Positions 1-12,810 of a stretch of 64,000 nucleotides of DNA are shown here, in pieces. Every line of letters begins with the position of its first letter. Positions within the stretch are counted from its first letter, which is position 1. The notes beneath the pieces were generated by a model. That model worked only from the letters and a program-made list of their open reading frames with translations, was not told where the DNA came from and made no database searches. Position numbers and translations under genes: made by a program. This stretch comes from Perkinsus olseni (Eukaryota), in NCBI GenBank assembly GCA_013115125.1, contig JABANN010000028.1, forward strand, positions 1 to 64,000. The letters run 5' to 3'.

Positions 1-830
1 TCGTACACAAAAGGGGACAGGATTACGTGCGGTCGGTATGCGTGCCATTATAGCTACGCCTCCTGGCACCACAGAACCATCAGCCAAGGCAGTGTCACAA
101 ATCTTCTTAAACTCGGTCTCGGACATGAACGCAAGGTGCTCCGGGGACTCGACATTTACCAGTTTGCATAGTAAATGAATAGCACCGTGGTTCTCCACCA
201 TGTTATCACCCGAACACGACAGGAGTGATACTGATAAGAGCCTGATCTTTAATGAATACAACAGGAACAAATACTTCTAGCGCTAGGGGACAAGTGGATT
301 GTGTGCCTACACAATCACACATTGCTACTGCTGGATAGAGACGCATGCCGACACCAGGCAACCGGCTTAGCTGCGGCACCAGGTGTGACACCTAAGAAAG
401 ACACTGTGTGTGAGTCCCTGTCCCCTCATGATGTTCCGGCCCAGAACTTCTTGGCTCGGCCGGTGGTCAGCCGACGATCTACCGCAGCTTGCAAATTGAC
501 TGTTTGCTGAGTCGACCGAGCTCGGTCATACAGAGGCGAGTAGCACTGATCCTCTGCTCCTCCCCATTTCTGAAGGCAGATGGCTGCACGCGTGAGCTAG
601 AGACATAGCTCAGCTGCAGTCAGGTCAGCTTCAGTACTATATACTCCGAGCCTATGTACTGGAGCTTATGTACTCCGTTTGACCCTGTATGGCGAAGCCT
701 ATTAGCTGTTATGACTCCCCACCTTAGCTGTATGCAAACTAACCCTGTCCGGGAATCTCATGCTCGTAGGGCTGGTCCTTATTGCACTTACGTCTGTCGA
801 AGGACTCCGCTGTTAGGAGACAGTCGACAC
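1..830 (-). mobile_element. Probable 5' end of an LTR retrotransposon relic (LTR, PBS, gag-like start running off the window)
   Basis: On the minus strand ...TGTCACA (ending at 384) is followed by 2 nt and TGGTGCCGCAGC (381-370), the LTR-CA/PBS geometry. An intronless ORF MVENHGAIHLLCKLVNVESPEHLAF... starts near 202 and runs off position 1. The LTR outer boundary is uncertain. Confidence 0.4.
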
Positions 831-2690
831 CGCGCGCTGGTGACTTGAGTATGGCTAATGTGTGCATGCGTCAAAGGGTCGAGTGTTTCAAAAGAACGGA
901 CTACTCGTGCTCTTCTCGAGGCAAGAACAGTCTGCTGAGGATTGCTCTGAGGATCCTCGTCGGCGCTCCGGCCCACTATGTCAGCCCCAGCGCGAGTACT
1001 ATGTTATCCGTATTTGGCTCTGGAATTTTTTTGCTATGGTTCTTCCCATCGGCTAGCTCAGAGCTAGTCGATGGTAACAACTGCAGCTAATATCTCTGGT
1101 ATTTATCGACGAGCCGATCATCCAGGGCTGGATACTCGTAGTCACTCGGACCACTAGAACTCAAGTTCGGAACTCCTGATGATTGTAGGATAGCTATAGA
1201 ATCATCCGCCTCCTCCATAATGGATGATCCACTAGAAAGCGGAACAATGGTATTGAATAGCGGCATTCCCAAACGAAAACATTCATTTCCAACTTGGTAT
1301 GATTACGAGTGATGAGCCGTAATGGCGTGATCAAAGATATCGCTCTGAAGAAACATTCGCACATGCATGCGCAGTGTCCCCCCGTGACACTTACAGGGGA
1401 CAGTGAGAATGGCCCAATGGGAGAGAGAAGTAGAAGATCCCAAGAAACTGTTTCTTAGAAACAGATGAGTATAGAGTGAGTGAGTCCGGATTCAGTCCGA
1501 CAAGCGTTGAGCTGTTGTCCACATCGTCGGAATGGATATCGTCCATGATGACGGTAGGAGGTACGAAAGTCCCATTGTTTCTTTACATCGCGTTGCTGGT
1601 GATAGTGCCTTCGATGAGGTTATCAGAATCAGGGGAATAGGCGACTTGACGATTGTAGTGATACCCCTCTTTTATCGCCTGCAACAGTGAGTCGCTCATC
1701 AGGACATCCAGGACATCCAATGGTCTTACACTCATCATGAGTGCAAGGACAGTGGCTCTGATTCAGGGTCAGAGGATGATGGCTGAGATCATATGTCAGT
1801 ATAATTCGCAACTTATGATGTTCATGATTCATTTGCTAAATCGTTACTCGCGTTAATATCTATGTTGTGTTGCTTTTAATACTGCCGCCAGTAATGTCCC
1901 TACCTATTCTATCTTCATGGCAAGGTGGATGCAGCAAGAGTACGAACGTGCATTACTACAAGCCCACCCCGATCTTGCTCAACGTCGTTCCACGTAGTTA
2001 GTAGTACCAACTTAGTACGCTGTATTACGTAAGTTGCAAGGTATTAGATCATCTTATTAACAAGGCAGTAAGTCGTCGATGGTTGTATAGAATTTCTTGA
2101 AGTCTCAGCACTCTCGTGGAACCTTGTTAGCAGCAGTTGAGATTCGTCAAGTGAGTCGAGTAGTTGACAGATATTGCTGAATTTCACATTCGAGCGTTGA
2201 TCCATAGGGCTCCGAGCCCTGCAGGTAACCTGAAATCGCGAGACGTAATGCGTGTCGCTCACTCATTCCAACCCAACACTTTTGAAACTAAGTTGTTAAG
2301 ATATGAAAACACAGACGTCAAGGTAGCCGTCAGTAGCCACTAGCTTTTAGCCAGTAGTATCTGCTACCAGTCGAGTAGCAGATATTCAAGTGCTGTGAAA
2401 GTAGCACTTGGCTTTCAGCGGAACCTCGGGAAGATTCGTAGCACCGGCTTCCAACTCAAGAAGTGGCTCGATGGTCTTACCGTCGATTGTAGGCAAATAC
2501 CTCCCCGGGATGAAATCGAACTGCTCTTCTGCTGGATGTGCGGAAGTTACCTTTTAATTTGGGAGAAGGCACACTAGGATCTTGCGTTCTTGCATTTCCC
2601 TTAGTTGTGGTCAAAGTGCGCAAAAGAAGCTGACTGTTTATCCTCCTTCCCATCCTAACTGTTTATTGCGTTCAATTCGCCCGAATCAGC

Positions 2691-2752
2691 GTACGTCGGG
2701 TTAGGCTTGCTTTGTACGTGGGGTTGGGCTTGCTTTGTACGTGGGGTTAGGC
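2691..2752 (+). repeat. 23-bp tandem repeat (GTACGTGGGGTTAGGCTTGCTTT, ~2.7 copies) 40 nt upstream of the cullin ATG
   Basis: Direct reading of the repeated units. Confidence 0.85.
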
Positions 2753-2791
2753 ATGTGATTGGCATTTCCCCAGTGATCATCCTCAATAATA

Positions 2792-5700
2792 ATGTCTGCT
2801 TACGGGGAGACTGTTCCTTTGGACGAGGGATGGACGCTTATTCGGGAGAAAGCGATTGATAAGCTAGAGTACGTTGTATCATTTCCGTAAGGTGTGGTAT
2901 GACTCTTTATGCTTCAAAGATACTATTTGGATACTGGAGAAGTGCCGAGGGATGTAGTACAGGTCGAAGGAAAGCCACCTCGTATCTTTGGTGCTGGCGA
3001 CTACGCCCAGCTTTACACGTAGTGAAGTTCTTATATGGAGTTGCTGTGAATCGCTGATGGTTTCAGGACCGTTTATAATATGTGTACTCAGCGATCACCT
3101 AACAACTGGTCGGAAGAGCTCTATCAGCGCTATGGCGAGTCGATGTCGTCCTATGTTACAAGAAAGGTAATCAATAGTCCCGGGTTCTAGACCCGCCAGC
3201 TCCATTATTCAACAGCTTGAGGCCTTGCTATCAGGTGGTACCAAGAATAGAAGGGCTCGAGGGGGAGGCCCTTCTCAGGGAACTACTTCTACGATGGAAC
3301 AATCACAAGCTCTACAGCAAGTGGATGGAGAGGTTCTTCACCTACCTCGATCGGTAGGAAAGCTGCTCCGCCAGGATTCTCTCGGAGGTCGCGTTGTGGC
3401 AGATACTATGTGAAGTTGCAGTCTGTCGATACCCTAGCCGTCCGTGGAGTGACTATATTCAAAAACCTTGCGTTCAACCATGGTCATGTCGCTGCTCGAT
3501 GCCGGGCTGCTATACTTGATATGATTAATAGAGAGAGGGAAGGTAGTAGTTGTATCTGAAAGGCGAAGCCTTTGGTGTGGTACTGACCTCGGTTTGTACG
3601 TGCAGTGGGCGTAGGTAACGAGATTGACCAGAGCCTTCTTAGAGGCGTTGTGGACATGCTCTTCGATCTTGGTAACGCCAGTCGGTCCAACAGCCCCGCC
3701 GACGCCCAAGGCACCAGCTCTAGTTCTGCTAAGTACGTTATACATACCGAGGAAGATCTATTCGTCGGTGTTGTTGTTAGTGCTAGTACTAACCGACCGT
3801 CCCTCGGGGCTGCCCCTTCCCAGGCTAATGATGAGCTCAGCACTTTGTGGGTCTATCAGCAAGAACTCGAGGAGTATCTGCTTCCCGAGACCGCTGTAAT
3901 AACAGCTGGTAGCGGCCGGTAGTCACTTTGGTCATTTGTCAGCGCTTCTATGAGCGTCAGGCTAAGGTCTGGCTCGTCAATGACTCTTTGCCCGAGTACC
4001 TCATAAAGACCGAATCTGCATTAATGGCCGGTGAGTGCAATTGGGAAGAATGGGGATTCTCTTGTCCAACCGATACGAGATGCGCTACTCATCCTGCAGC
4101 TCAGTGTATGCGCTTGCTTTGAACTTCGTGCTAGTTTCGTGTGCTGCTGCCGCTACTCGATTGATGGAGCGCGTTAAAGGCGGGCCATTGAGTGAAATGT
4201 CTGATATTTCAGAGCAAAGGAGAGTCGAGACCTACCTGCATCCCTCATCGATGCAGAAAATTAAGGATGTCGTTATCAAAGCAACACTCACAAATACTAT
4301 GGTGAGCATCTTCCCGGGTTTTCGCGCTCCTATTGGCGTATAGCAGAGATTTCGAAGTGATACTGTCTCCATCCCGAAGGTTGCACGTATTTGTTTACCA
4401 TCGTTATTGAGCATTTCGAGAGAATAAAGTGAAGGTAATCGTCCGTAGTATGGTTGTTCATTCATCGTTTTTGGAGACACTTTCACTCAACTTGATGCCT
4501 GCTTACTATAGAGGTATTATCCCTCATGCAGTGAGGCCAACACAATCAAACGCTGCTTTTCCGTTGTATGCGGGTCGCTGGTCGGCCGCAGCTCATGTTG
4601 GATTCGGCTTCTTGAACTGTTGTCAGTCGCAAACCTTGGAAAAGGACACCAACATCACATGGATGCTGGACAACGACAGGAGGGAGGATCTGGTACGATG
4701 TCTATAGAGGCACGCCACAGGACGGCTGGGAGTGTTTATGTTAGTCCCGTCTATGGCGTATGTTCGGGCTGGTGAACAACGGATTGACACCCATCGCGGC
4801 TAGCTTCAAGTAGTAGGGGGGAGGGGGGACGCCTTCATTTGACGGGCTGATCCTACCTAAAGAGAATACTTTAGTGCCACAGAAGGCTGGTATGATATCC
4901 GCGATGATACGTGTTTTATTAAGGCCGGCCTGATAGATAAGGCGTTAGTAATAAGTATTGACTGTAACTGGGTGTTCAAGGTTGATACTGTTTTTCAATC
5001 TCCGGCTCAATCGGTTAGCTCGCTAGAGTGTGGTATCGATAACAGAAGTATTAGAAATCGGTGGGACTGCGAAGCGGACGTATCGAGGAGAAAGCATGCT
5101 GCTGCCTTGTTCGTATCATTTGTATTCTTCCTCAGGCAGTACGTACAGGACTTGGGTAACAGTGTGGTTGATGCTCTTTTGGAGCAGCTGAGAGCATTGG
5201 GGCCTCAGCCAAGCCCACAGGCTAAGGCTGAGATCTTATCCGACCCGACCTTCGTACAGAAGCTCATCGATATGCATGATAGGTAGGATGGTAACCTGTG
5301 GTAGTAGAGTATGGCATTCTCCTTCCGTTGTGTTGCTGCTCTCGCTCATGGCTAGTGCTCGACTGTCGAGCGCAGTTTCAGAATGTGGTGATAGTAGTTA
5401 TGGAAGTAACTGTCCCGTGTCACGGTTGTTACCTGAATGATGTACGACTGGACATGTATTGGCTGCAATGCACAGTTTCTGGGGTGTCCGTGGTTCCCAG
5501 CCCACTTCGGATTGTCAGGGAGGGGGTTGTGCGGAAGATGGGTGGTCTGTGGCAGGTTCAAGACTATTGTAGCTGAGTGCTTCCAATCGGATGGTCTCTT
5601 CCAGAAGAGTTTGAAGGAAGGTGAGTCTACTAAGGACACCAGTGTCCGGTGAAATTCCCTCGGTCCCCCGTGGAGATTGCCGCTAGCAGCGGATTCTACT

Positions 5701-7904
5701 CAGAGGTGGCGTTGATGGTGTTGCTCTGTCAGCGTTCGAGACTTTTATTAATCGTGATTTGGGCCGATTCAGTATTGCTGCTATGATGAGCAGCTTCTGT
5801 GACAGAGTGTTGAGGAAAGGCGGTAAGATGGCTGCTGCTCGGGCACCGGTTTTTGAGCTAGTGAGCATGCGCAGGTGAGAAACGCTCGGAAGAGCAGGTG
5901 GACGCGCTGATGTCGAAATTGGTGGACCTGTTCTCCTTCCTCACTGACAAGGATGTCTTTGCGGAGATCTACCGCAACCAGCTGGCCAAACGCCTTCTGT
6001 AATAGGAGCCAGGATCGATTTGGAGGTTGAGCCGGTGGAAGAATTTAGAATAGGGGAATGCCGGTACTCTTAGTGTTTGCAGGAGAGTGGTCGTGTTTTG
6101 TGGCGTAGGGAATCTTAGGTTGATGCTCGCACTCTGGAAAACAGCCATGGGAGTACTCTCGTTGAAGGTACGACACCAGCGCCAGTGATGAGGCGGAGAA
6201 GAATGTCATACAGAAGTTGAAAATGAAATGCGGGTAAGGCGTGCTATGTGCTGCTGCACTTGAGGGGCTGTGTCGTGAGCAGAGCCCAGTTTACGTCCAA
6301 GCTGGAGGGGATGATCACCGATATTTCGCTGGCTTCGGACATGCAGAAGCAGTTCAGGGAGTATCTGTCTCACAGGGATTCTCAAGCTGACTATGGAAAG
6401 TACGCGTAGAGGCCATTTCGCGCGCCGCCAAGTTATTGAGCATCGATCTCCTGCTCAGTATCGACTTCTCCGTAACAGTACTGACGACTGGATTCTGGCC
6501 AACTTATCATGTAAGTAAGGGGACAGTGATAACTTCCAGCAGGCTTGCGGTGGCATCACTGGATGTTGATGGATTGCACCATGTTGGCGTTCAACGTGTC
6601 GAACAGGGCCAGCAGTTAACAGTGATTTGTGTCAGCCGATTGACAGCGTCGTCTTGCCGATGCCGATGACGCGCTGCTTGAACGTCTTCACCGATTTCTA
6701 TAATGGGACAACGCAGCATCGGAAGCTATCGTGGATCCATACACTGGGTGGGTGGAGATCGAGTTTTGTGGCGCGTGACGTTTTCGCTCATTCGGTTTGG
6801 GGTGCTGTAGGTCAGGCTGTGGTGGGCGCGAGGTTCGGAGCGAGAAAACATGATCTCAATTGCAGCACACTACAGGTAGTGTCAGCTAGATGTGTCAGAA
6901 ACTCTGAGGGATGCATCGGACTCTTAGGCATTGATCCTCCTTCTGTTCAACAACCCGACTGCTCATGGCGGTGATAGTGAGGGATGGGTCAGCTTCCATG
7001 ACGTAAGAGGCTTTCCCTTGGCGGGACCAGAGCGAGGGCAGATTTATTGACTCGATCAGATTCATGCGGCGACTGGCTGCGGCGATGATAGTTTGTGCAA
7101 GAAGTTGCTAGCAACTCTCAGTATTGCTAGATATAAGGTAGGGAGAGGGAAGTGTGAGGAAATCGATCAAAATGGCGAGCGCTTTTGGCCATGGAGCATG
7201 GTTCAGAATGTGCAGGTTCTGGAGAAATCGGGATCGAATCCGAGGATAATCGATGTGGAGGAGAAATTCCGAGTGAATCCGAAGTTCTCCTGCACCCAGC
7301 GAAAGATCAAGATTCCGCCACCGGCACAGGTATGTCCGACTTCGCGCGCCACGAAATTGTCTGGGAGATCTTGCCATAATATACGAAGCCGCAGCGATCG
7401 AGTCGAGCTCATGATTTGTTCTATGCTGACGCCCGACTTCGTTCGTGGGGTACCTGAGGGTTTGAAGTATGTGAATTAGCCTTCGATGGAGATCATAATT
7501 AATAATTTCGAGCGTGATTTTTTTTGATCTAGCTTATTAGGTCGAAGGTGAAGTTTGTGTGGAAGACGTAGTAATCGCTGTTGTTGTTCTTCTTCTTCTT
7601 CTTCAGGATGAGACGCACAAGGCTGAGCGAGTGCAGGAAGATCGATCGATCTCGATTGAGGCGGCCATTGTGCGGATTATGAAGACCAGGAAGACATGCA
7701 GTCATCAACAACTCGTGTCGGAGGTTCTCAACCAGCTCTCATTTTTCAAGTGAGTTGCGGTATTTGAATTTCGTGGCGCGGTGAAGTTTTGGTTGCCTCA
7801 GGCCGAACCCGAAGGTTATAAAGCAGCGTATCGAGCATCTGATTGAAAGGGAGTATCTCGAGCGTGATGAGAATCAGCCCAATGTGTATCGGTACCTGGC
7901 CTGA
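2792..7904 (+). CDS. Cullin family protein (CUL1-like), multi-exon
   Basis: Spliced exons: [98 protein letters not shown]; neddylation motif [14 protein letters not shown]-terminus [27 protein letters not shown]. Confidence 0.95.
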
Positions 7905-8046
7905 TGGGAGCCTACTAACTATACTGTACAACTCGGACGCTCGGAGGTCCGGGATGCAGTTCTGACTATTATTCTGCTTGTTTCGCTGGTCACTATTATT
8001 TTGTCTACTATGGGAGGAGCGTGTCGCGTTGAGTCTTCCCCTTCTC

Positions 8047-9088
8047 ATGGCTGGGGGCAGTGCTGAGCCTCTGTGAATATGGTAACAGCAAGCGTGGGAG
8101 CATTCGTGAGCTTTGGAGACTTGGTATCGGTACCAGAGGGAGTGGCCGTCACTGCTGCATCAGGGCTGAAGGCGGTGGGGGATGATGGACAGTATGTCAG
8201 TGCCAAGATGGGTTCTGTGAAGGTGGAGGAAAACAAAGTAGTGGAGGCTGTTGGTTGGCGTTCGTAGTGGTGTTGTTGCGGCTCAGTTGATGATTGAGGG
8301 TCCGACTGCACCGTTTGTGCCGCCCTCAGCCGGAGATGTGGTTTATGCGAGGTGAGAAATGCAGGGACTGGGGATTGAACCAGGGACCTTTCTCAGAGTG
8401 GCTAGGATAACCAAGCAGAAAGCGGAGTGTGTCATTGTTGCTGATCACGCTGGGCGACCAAATAACTGCGGGTGGGCATCGTCGGAGAAGCCATTGTGTA
8501 TCTCCTCCCTTTGGAAGATACCGCGGCCACATTCGCGTGCAGGACGTCCGATATTATGATATCGATGCGGTGGCGATAGAGGAGTGCTTCAGGCCAGGAG
8601 ATCTCATCAAATGCAAAGTTGTAGGTTATTTCTGAGGGCTCCGCTCTCACGTGTTTTGCAAGCCGGTTGAACTCACACCGTGCAAGCTGGAACTCGAACA
8701 TCGTGGGGTCAGGGTGTGCAAGGGGAGAAAGTTAGGCAGCCTTCGGACGGTGGTTATCGTCCTCATTGTTGTTGTTCAGTTGTCTATCGGAGACTCTCGG
8801 AGCTATCTTCTTACTACCTCGGGAACAGATGCCAGTCTGGGTGTGGTGATGGCGACGAGTCTCAATGGTGGGCTCCTGCTGCCGCCTTGCGTAGGCATGC
8901 CTTGCGCCATGTGATAATGATCAGGTCACCCCCTAGTGCCGGTCTCATGGTGTATGATGAAGTGCTCGGTCACGGGCGAGCTGGAGAAGAGGTAGGGCGT
9001 GACGCACGATTCCGTCGTGAGTTGGAGGGGTCTATCGTTCAGGAAGGTGGCCCGACCGGTGTGGCTGCCCGAGGAGGCCCAGGCTTGA
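8047..9088 (+). CDS. CSL4: Exosome complex component CSL4/EXOSC1, multi-exon
   Basis: GDVVYARVARITKQKAECVIV; YRGHIRVQDVR...EECFRPGDLIKCKV; LSIGDSRSYLLTT...LGVVMA; LVPVSWCMMKCSVTGELEKRKVARP. Start is 8047 or 8079. Confidence 0.9.
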
Positions 9089-9206
9089 AGGCCTACGTTG
9101 TTCACCAGTTCCTCACGCTCTGTTGTGTTGGTCGTTCTAGCGCTGGGAGGGGTGGTGGTGATGTGCTGAGGCAGCCCTTCTTCTTTTGGTACTTGTGAAG
9201 GGAATA

Positions 9207-10571
9207 ATGATTACGAAGGAGGAGCTCGAGGCCTTAAAGGTGGCCGAACTGAAGGTTAAACTGAAGGTAGGCTGGGTGTACATCTCTGTGATGGTATGAA
9301 CGGTGCTGTAGTGGTTGTTGATGATGTTGTAGGATGCCAAGCTACCGATCTCCGGTACCAAGGCTGTTCTGGTGGGGAGGCTTTTGGAGCATTACAGGGT
9401 ACTTGAAGAGGAGAAGGAATCTGCTGCTAAGGAGAAGAAAGCGTCCGCTGATAGCGAGAAAAAAGAGCCCGCTGATAACGAGATGAAGGAAGCCGCTGGT
9501 GAGGAGAAGGAGACGGTCGCGGCTGATGACAAGAAGGGAGCAGATGATGATAAGGAGGAGAGAGCAGCTGGTGATAGGGAGGAAGGTGATAGCCAGATGA
9601 AAGTAGCTGCTGAAGAGACAGCGGCCACTCCAAAGAAGGTAGTAGGAATGGTAGGAGGAGGATGCGGTATTCATTGGGTTGTTCGGTTTTCGGTACAGAA
9701 CTCGTCTACAGCGGAGACTAAGACGCGAGGGAATGAGGCAACCCCGGCGGCGTCGAACAGCGGCAGCAAGGCTCCATCATCGGCCGCAGGAGAGGATGCC
9801 AGCTCCTGTGCAGTAGAGGCGGGCAGCAGTGCGGCGGCGATGAGCGCAGTGGACGCATCCGAGGGGACCTCTGAGGGGAGTAAGGAGGAAGAGGAGGAAC
9901 GGACGAAGAGTTCACCGAAGGACAGGGAAGACGGGAGAGGGGAGCCCTCTGGTCATGCCGAAGATACTGAGATGAAGGTACTATCTGTACTGGGCCACTG
10001 ACCTCTGACATCCGGCGTGTCGTTGCTTCGATAGTCTGATGTCCTGCTGTGGTAGAGTGTCGAGGAGAGCCCTCGGTCGAGGAAGGACGAGGAGGGAGAG
10101 GATGCAGCGGCGGTGATACAGACGAAGTCGGGGAAGGCCATCCCTAAGATAACATGGGGTCAGTCGGGCGACGGCGGAAGGGACGTTGGCAATAGGAGCC
10201 CACTGGCTGGAGAGGGGAGTAGTAGCAGGATCCGACGGAAGTGTGGTACGTGGTGTATGTGCAATTCAGGACGCTCTCCCGGTAGTCGGAAGAGGTCACT
10301 ATCTGGCGGGGAGGAGTCGGATGACAGGAGGAAGGCAGAGAGGGCCAGGCGGTTCGGCACGGAAGTAGTAGACGGCCCGGGTTTAGGAGGGAGGTTTACT
10401 TTTTAGGAGGGAGGTGATCAGGAGATGTCAGATGAGCGCGGAGGGGGCGATGATAGCGAGCCCAAGCAAAGGGAGGAGGGTGTAGAGTTGAAGACACAGT
10501 CTGAGGTGGCTGGCCAGGGAGAGAGGAGAAAGGACGAAGTGCCTCCTGTGGCCAAGGCAATGGAGAAGTAG
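9207..10571 (+). CDS. SAP-domain protein with acidic low-complexity region (SARNP/Tho1-like); may continue into the next unit
   Basis: MITKEELEALKVAELKVKLK|DAKLPISGTKAVLVGRLLEH is a SAP motif. It is followed by an E/K/A/S-rich tract and a RRKAERARRFG motif like the Tho1/MOS11 C-terminal repeat. Confidence 0.7.
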
Positions 10572-10693
10572 TGCTTCTTCGTGCTCACCATTGTTAGTAC
10601 TTTTCACGGCGTATCCAAGGTTGGTGCTTGCGTCTCGCAGAGGCATGCGTTGTGGTTGGTTTGCATTCCATGGTCCCAAGATTTCCCTCGGCA

Positions 10694-12579
10694 GGTTCGC
10701 TGAGTTCGTCGATCGCGTGATGCATGATGCTCAGCTGATCACTGCGGAAGACGTTCTGGCGGAGGAGCGTAATGCTGGGATCCTGGACTTGGTACGCTGG
10801 GAAGGGAGGCAGGAGGCAGTCGCCATCCGTCCGACCCAGGCTCTGGAGCAATTTTCGAAGGAGGAGGTCACTGAGATGATGCTGGATGTTGATCGGGACA
10901 TTAAGAGAGAGTTCCGACGGAGGGAGGGGATACGCTGGCCGTAGGTCTCCGCGTAGTAGTGAGGGGCTCAGTCATCTGTCTCTGTGGCAGGCCATCGATG
11001 TTCCACGGTCGCTTCCGAAGAGCCTGCCGTATGGCGGGGTTGAGGGGGATGCCGGATGATAGGTTTGGTGGCTATTCTGGTGGCAAGGGTGAGTTGCTGT
11101 ACTTGGTCTTTGTGAGCCCTGGGGGAATCGGTGCGTGCTGTAGGTAGCTGGGGTAAAGGCAGGTGGGGAGAGGGTGACCGAAGAGAAGGTGAGGGCTTGT
11201 TGACTTGGGTGTAGGCGTCTATTATGGTGGGCTGCAGGTCCCTGGGGTGGTCAGTGGTCAGGAGGCCGTAGTGGTCCTCCGCGGGGACGTGCAGCTTATT
11301 TTGGACATGATGATAGGGCGGGGATTCGGGAACCGAGCCCGCCTTTGGAAGGGTAATACTGCGTCGGGGTTGATGGTGTCGGACGCCTGTATTGAACCTG
11401 GGTCGTCCGATGTTAAGCTGACTCGGCTGTATTTCAGGATGGACCGTATGAGTTCTCCTACGAGACTGCGAGGGAGGTCCTTCGGTGGTGGTGTCAACGG
11501 AGAGGAGGGCAGTAGTGGAGGCTTCCGCTCCCGGCAACCATGGTAGTGCTGAACTTGACAGCGGTCCGAGCCGGTCACTTGGCGGCGTTTAGGGGTCGTA
11601 GCGAGAGAGGTAGTGGAGTATGGCAACACGATGATCGTGCTGGCGGTAGGAGCTTCGACCCAACCAGTGAACCTCCTAGCGCAGGACGCAGGGATGAGAG
11701 AAGGTGGGAAGGCAGCAAGACTCGAGGCCCATGTAGCGCTCCATGCTCTTCAGAGGGTACAGATCTAGATCCCGCAGTCCGCTCCCTCCTATGCAATCTA
11801 ACCTGCCCAGTGAATTGAAGAATATCGTAGATGACTTCATCAGAGACAATAGGCTGGATGAGAGGTACTAGCTTCGAGGCGGTGCGTCGCTTAGCGACAT
11901 GCCCGCACGTCGCCATTGTCAGGGCCGCATCGGCTCTCCTGCAGCGCACGACCCCGGACGTGCTGGTTAGAGTGCTAGAGATGGGTCGTTTGACGGTAGG
12001 AGTTGGGTACCCATTGGCGGTGCCATCACCAGCGTCTTTCTTAGGGCCCTAATCACTCTAGAGAGCTCATGCTGCGGCTCCGCGATATTGGAGGGGGTGG
12101 AGGAGGCTTCAGGCGTTCTGGAGGTGATTAAGGGTGGTGCTTGGTTGAAGGGACTTGCATGCTCAGGCTCACCATTCTCGGGCGGCGGCAGACGCCGTCC
12201 CTTCTCGCCTCCCCCGTCGTCACGACGTCGCAGTAGAAGCCGCAGTGAGGACAGGTCGAGAAGGTAGGAGAGTGTGAGGCCTCAGCTCTGACGGTTTGAG
12301 TTTTGTTAGGCCAGCATCGCCCCCAGCGTATCGTAGACCTCATCGTGGCCGTAACTACAGCCGATCTGGCAGTAGAGAGAGGCCGGAGCACAGCTCCTCC
12401 AGACGACATAGTAATACCAGATGCTTCCTTTAGTCTTCCGGGCCAATGAAGATAGTAGACCTCACTATTAAAACGCTCTTGGCGCGCTGAGGAGATGGCC
12501 TGTCCCGCATCTCTAACCCGTATCTTCGATAGTGATGAGTTTGCTGGCAGGTCGTTACGACAGGAGCCGATCTCGATAG
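10694..12579 (+). CDS. Hypothetical multi-exon protein with RS-rich C-terminus (5' end unresolved)
   Basis: Exons such as RFAEFVDRVMHDAQLITAEDVLAEE... and GVYYGGLQVPGVVSGQEAVVVLRG..., ending SRRRSRSRSEDRSR...GRYDRSRSR*, with GT-AG boundaries. Confidence 0.5.
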
Positions 12580-12810
12580 GAGCCCCCTCCGCTGGTGCCG
12601 GGAGTGGCCGTCCTAATTATTGGGGTCTTCTATAATGAAAATGATAGTGATGGTGAGAATAGAGTACTTTATGTCACCTTATAGACGATGAATAGGTTCC
12701 ACGCGCTCTCAGACCAGTCTTGTGTTGGTTAGTGTTCTCTCTCTCTTCCTGAGTTCACTCCAGGCTGTGGAAGTGTTGGCAGTGTTTTTCGGTTGGACTT
12801 ATAGTTGACC

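Noticed and set aside
850-1832. Minus-strand coding-like fragments with SHCP(C) motifs
   Set aside because: Broken by stops and frameshifts, no family recognised; cannot support a gene call.
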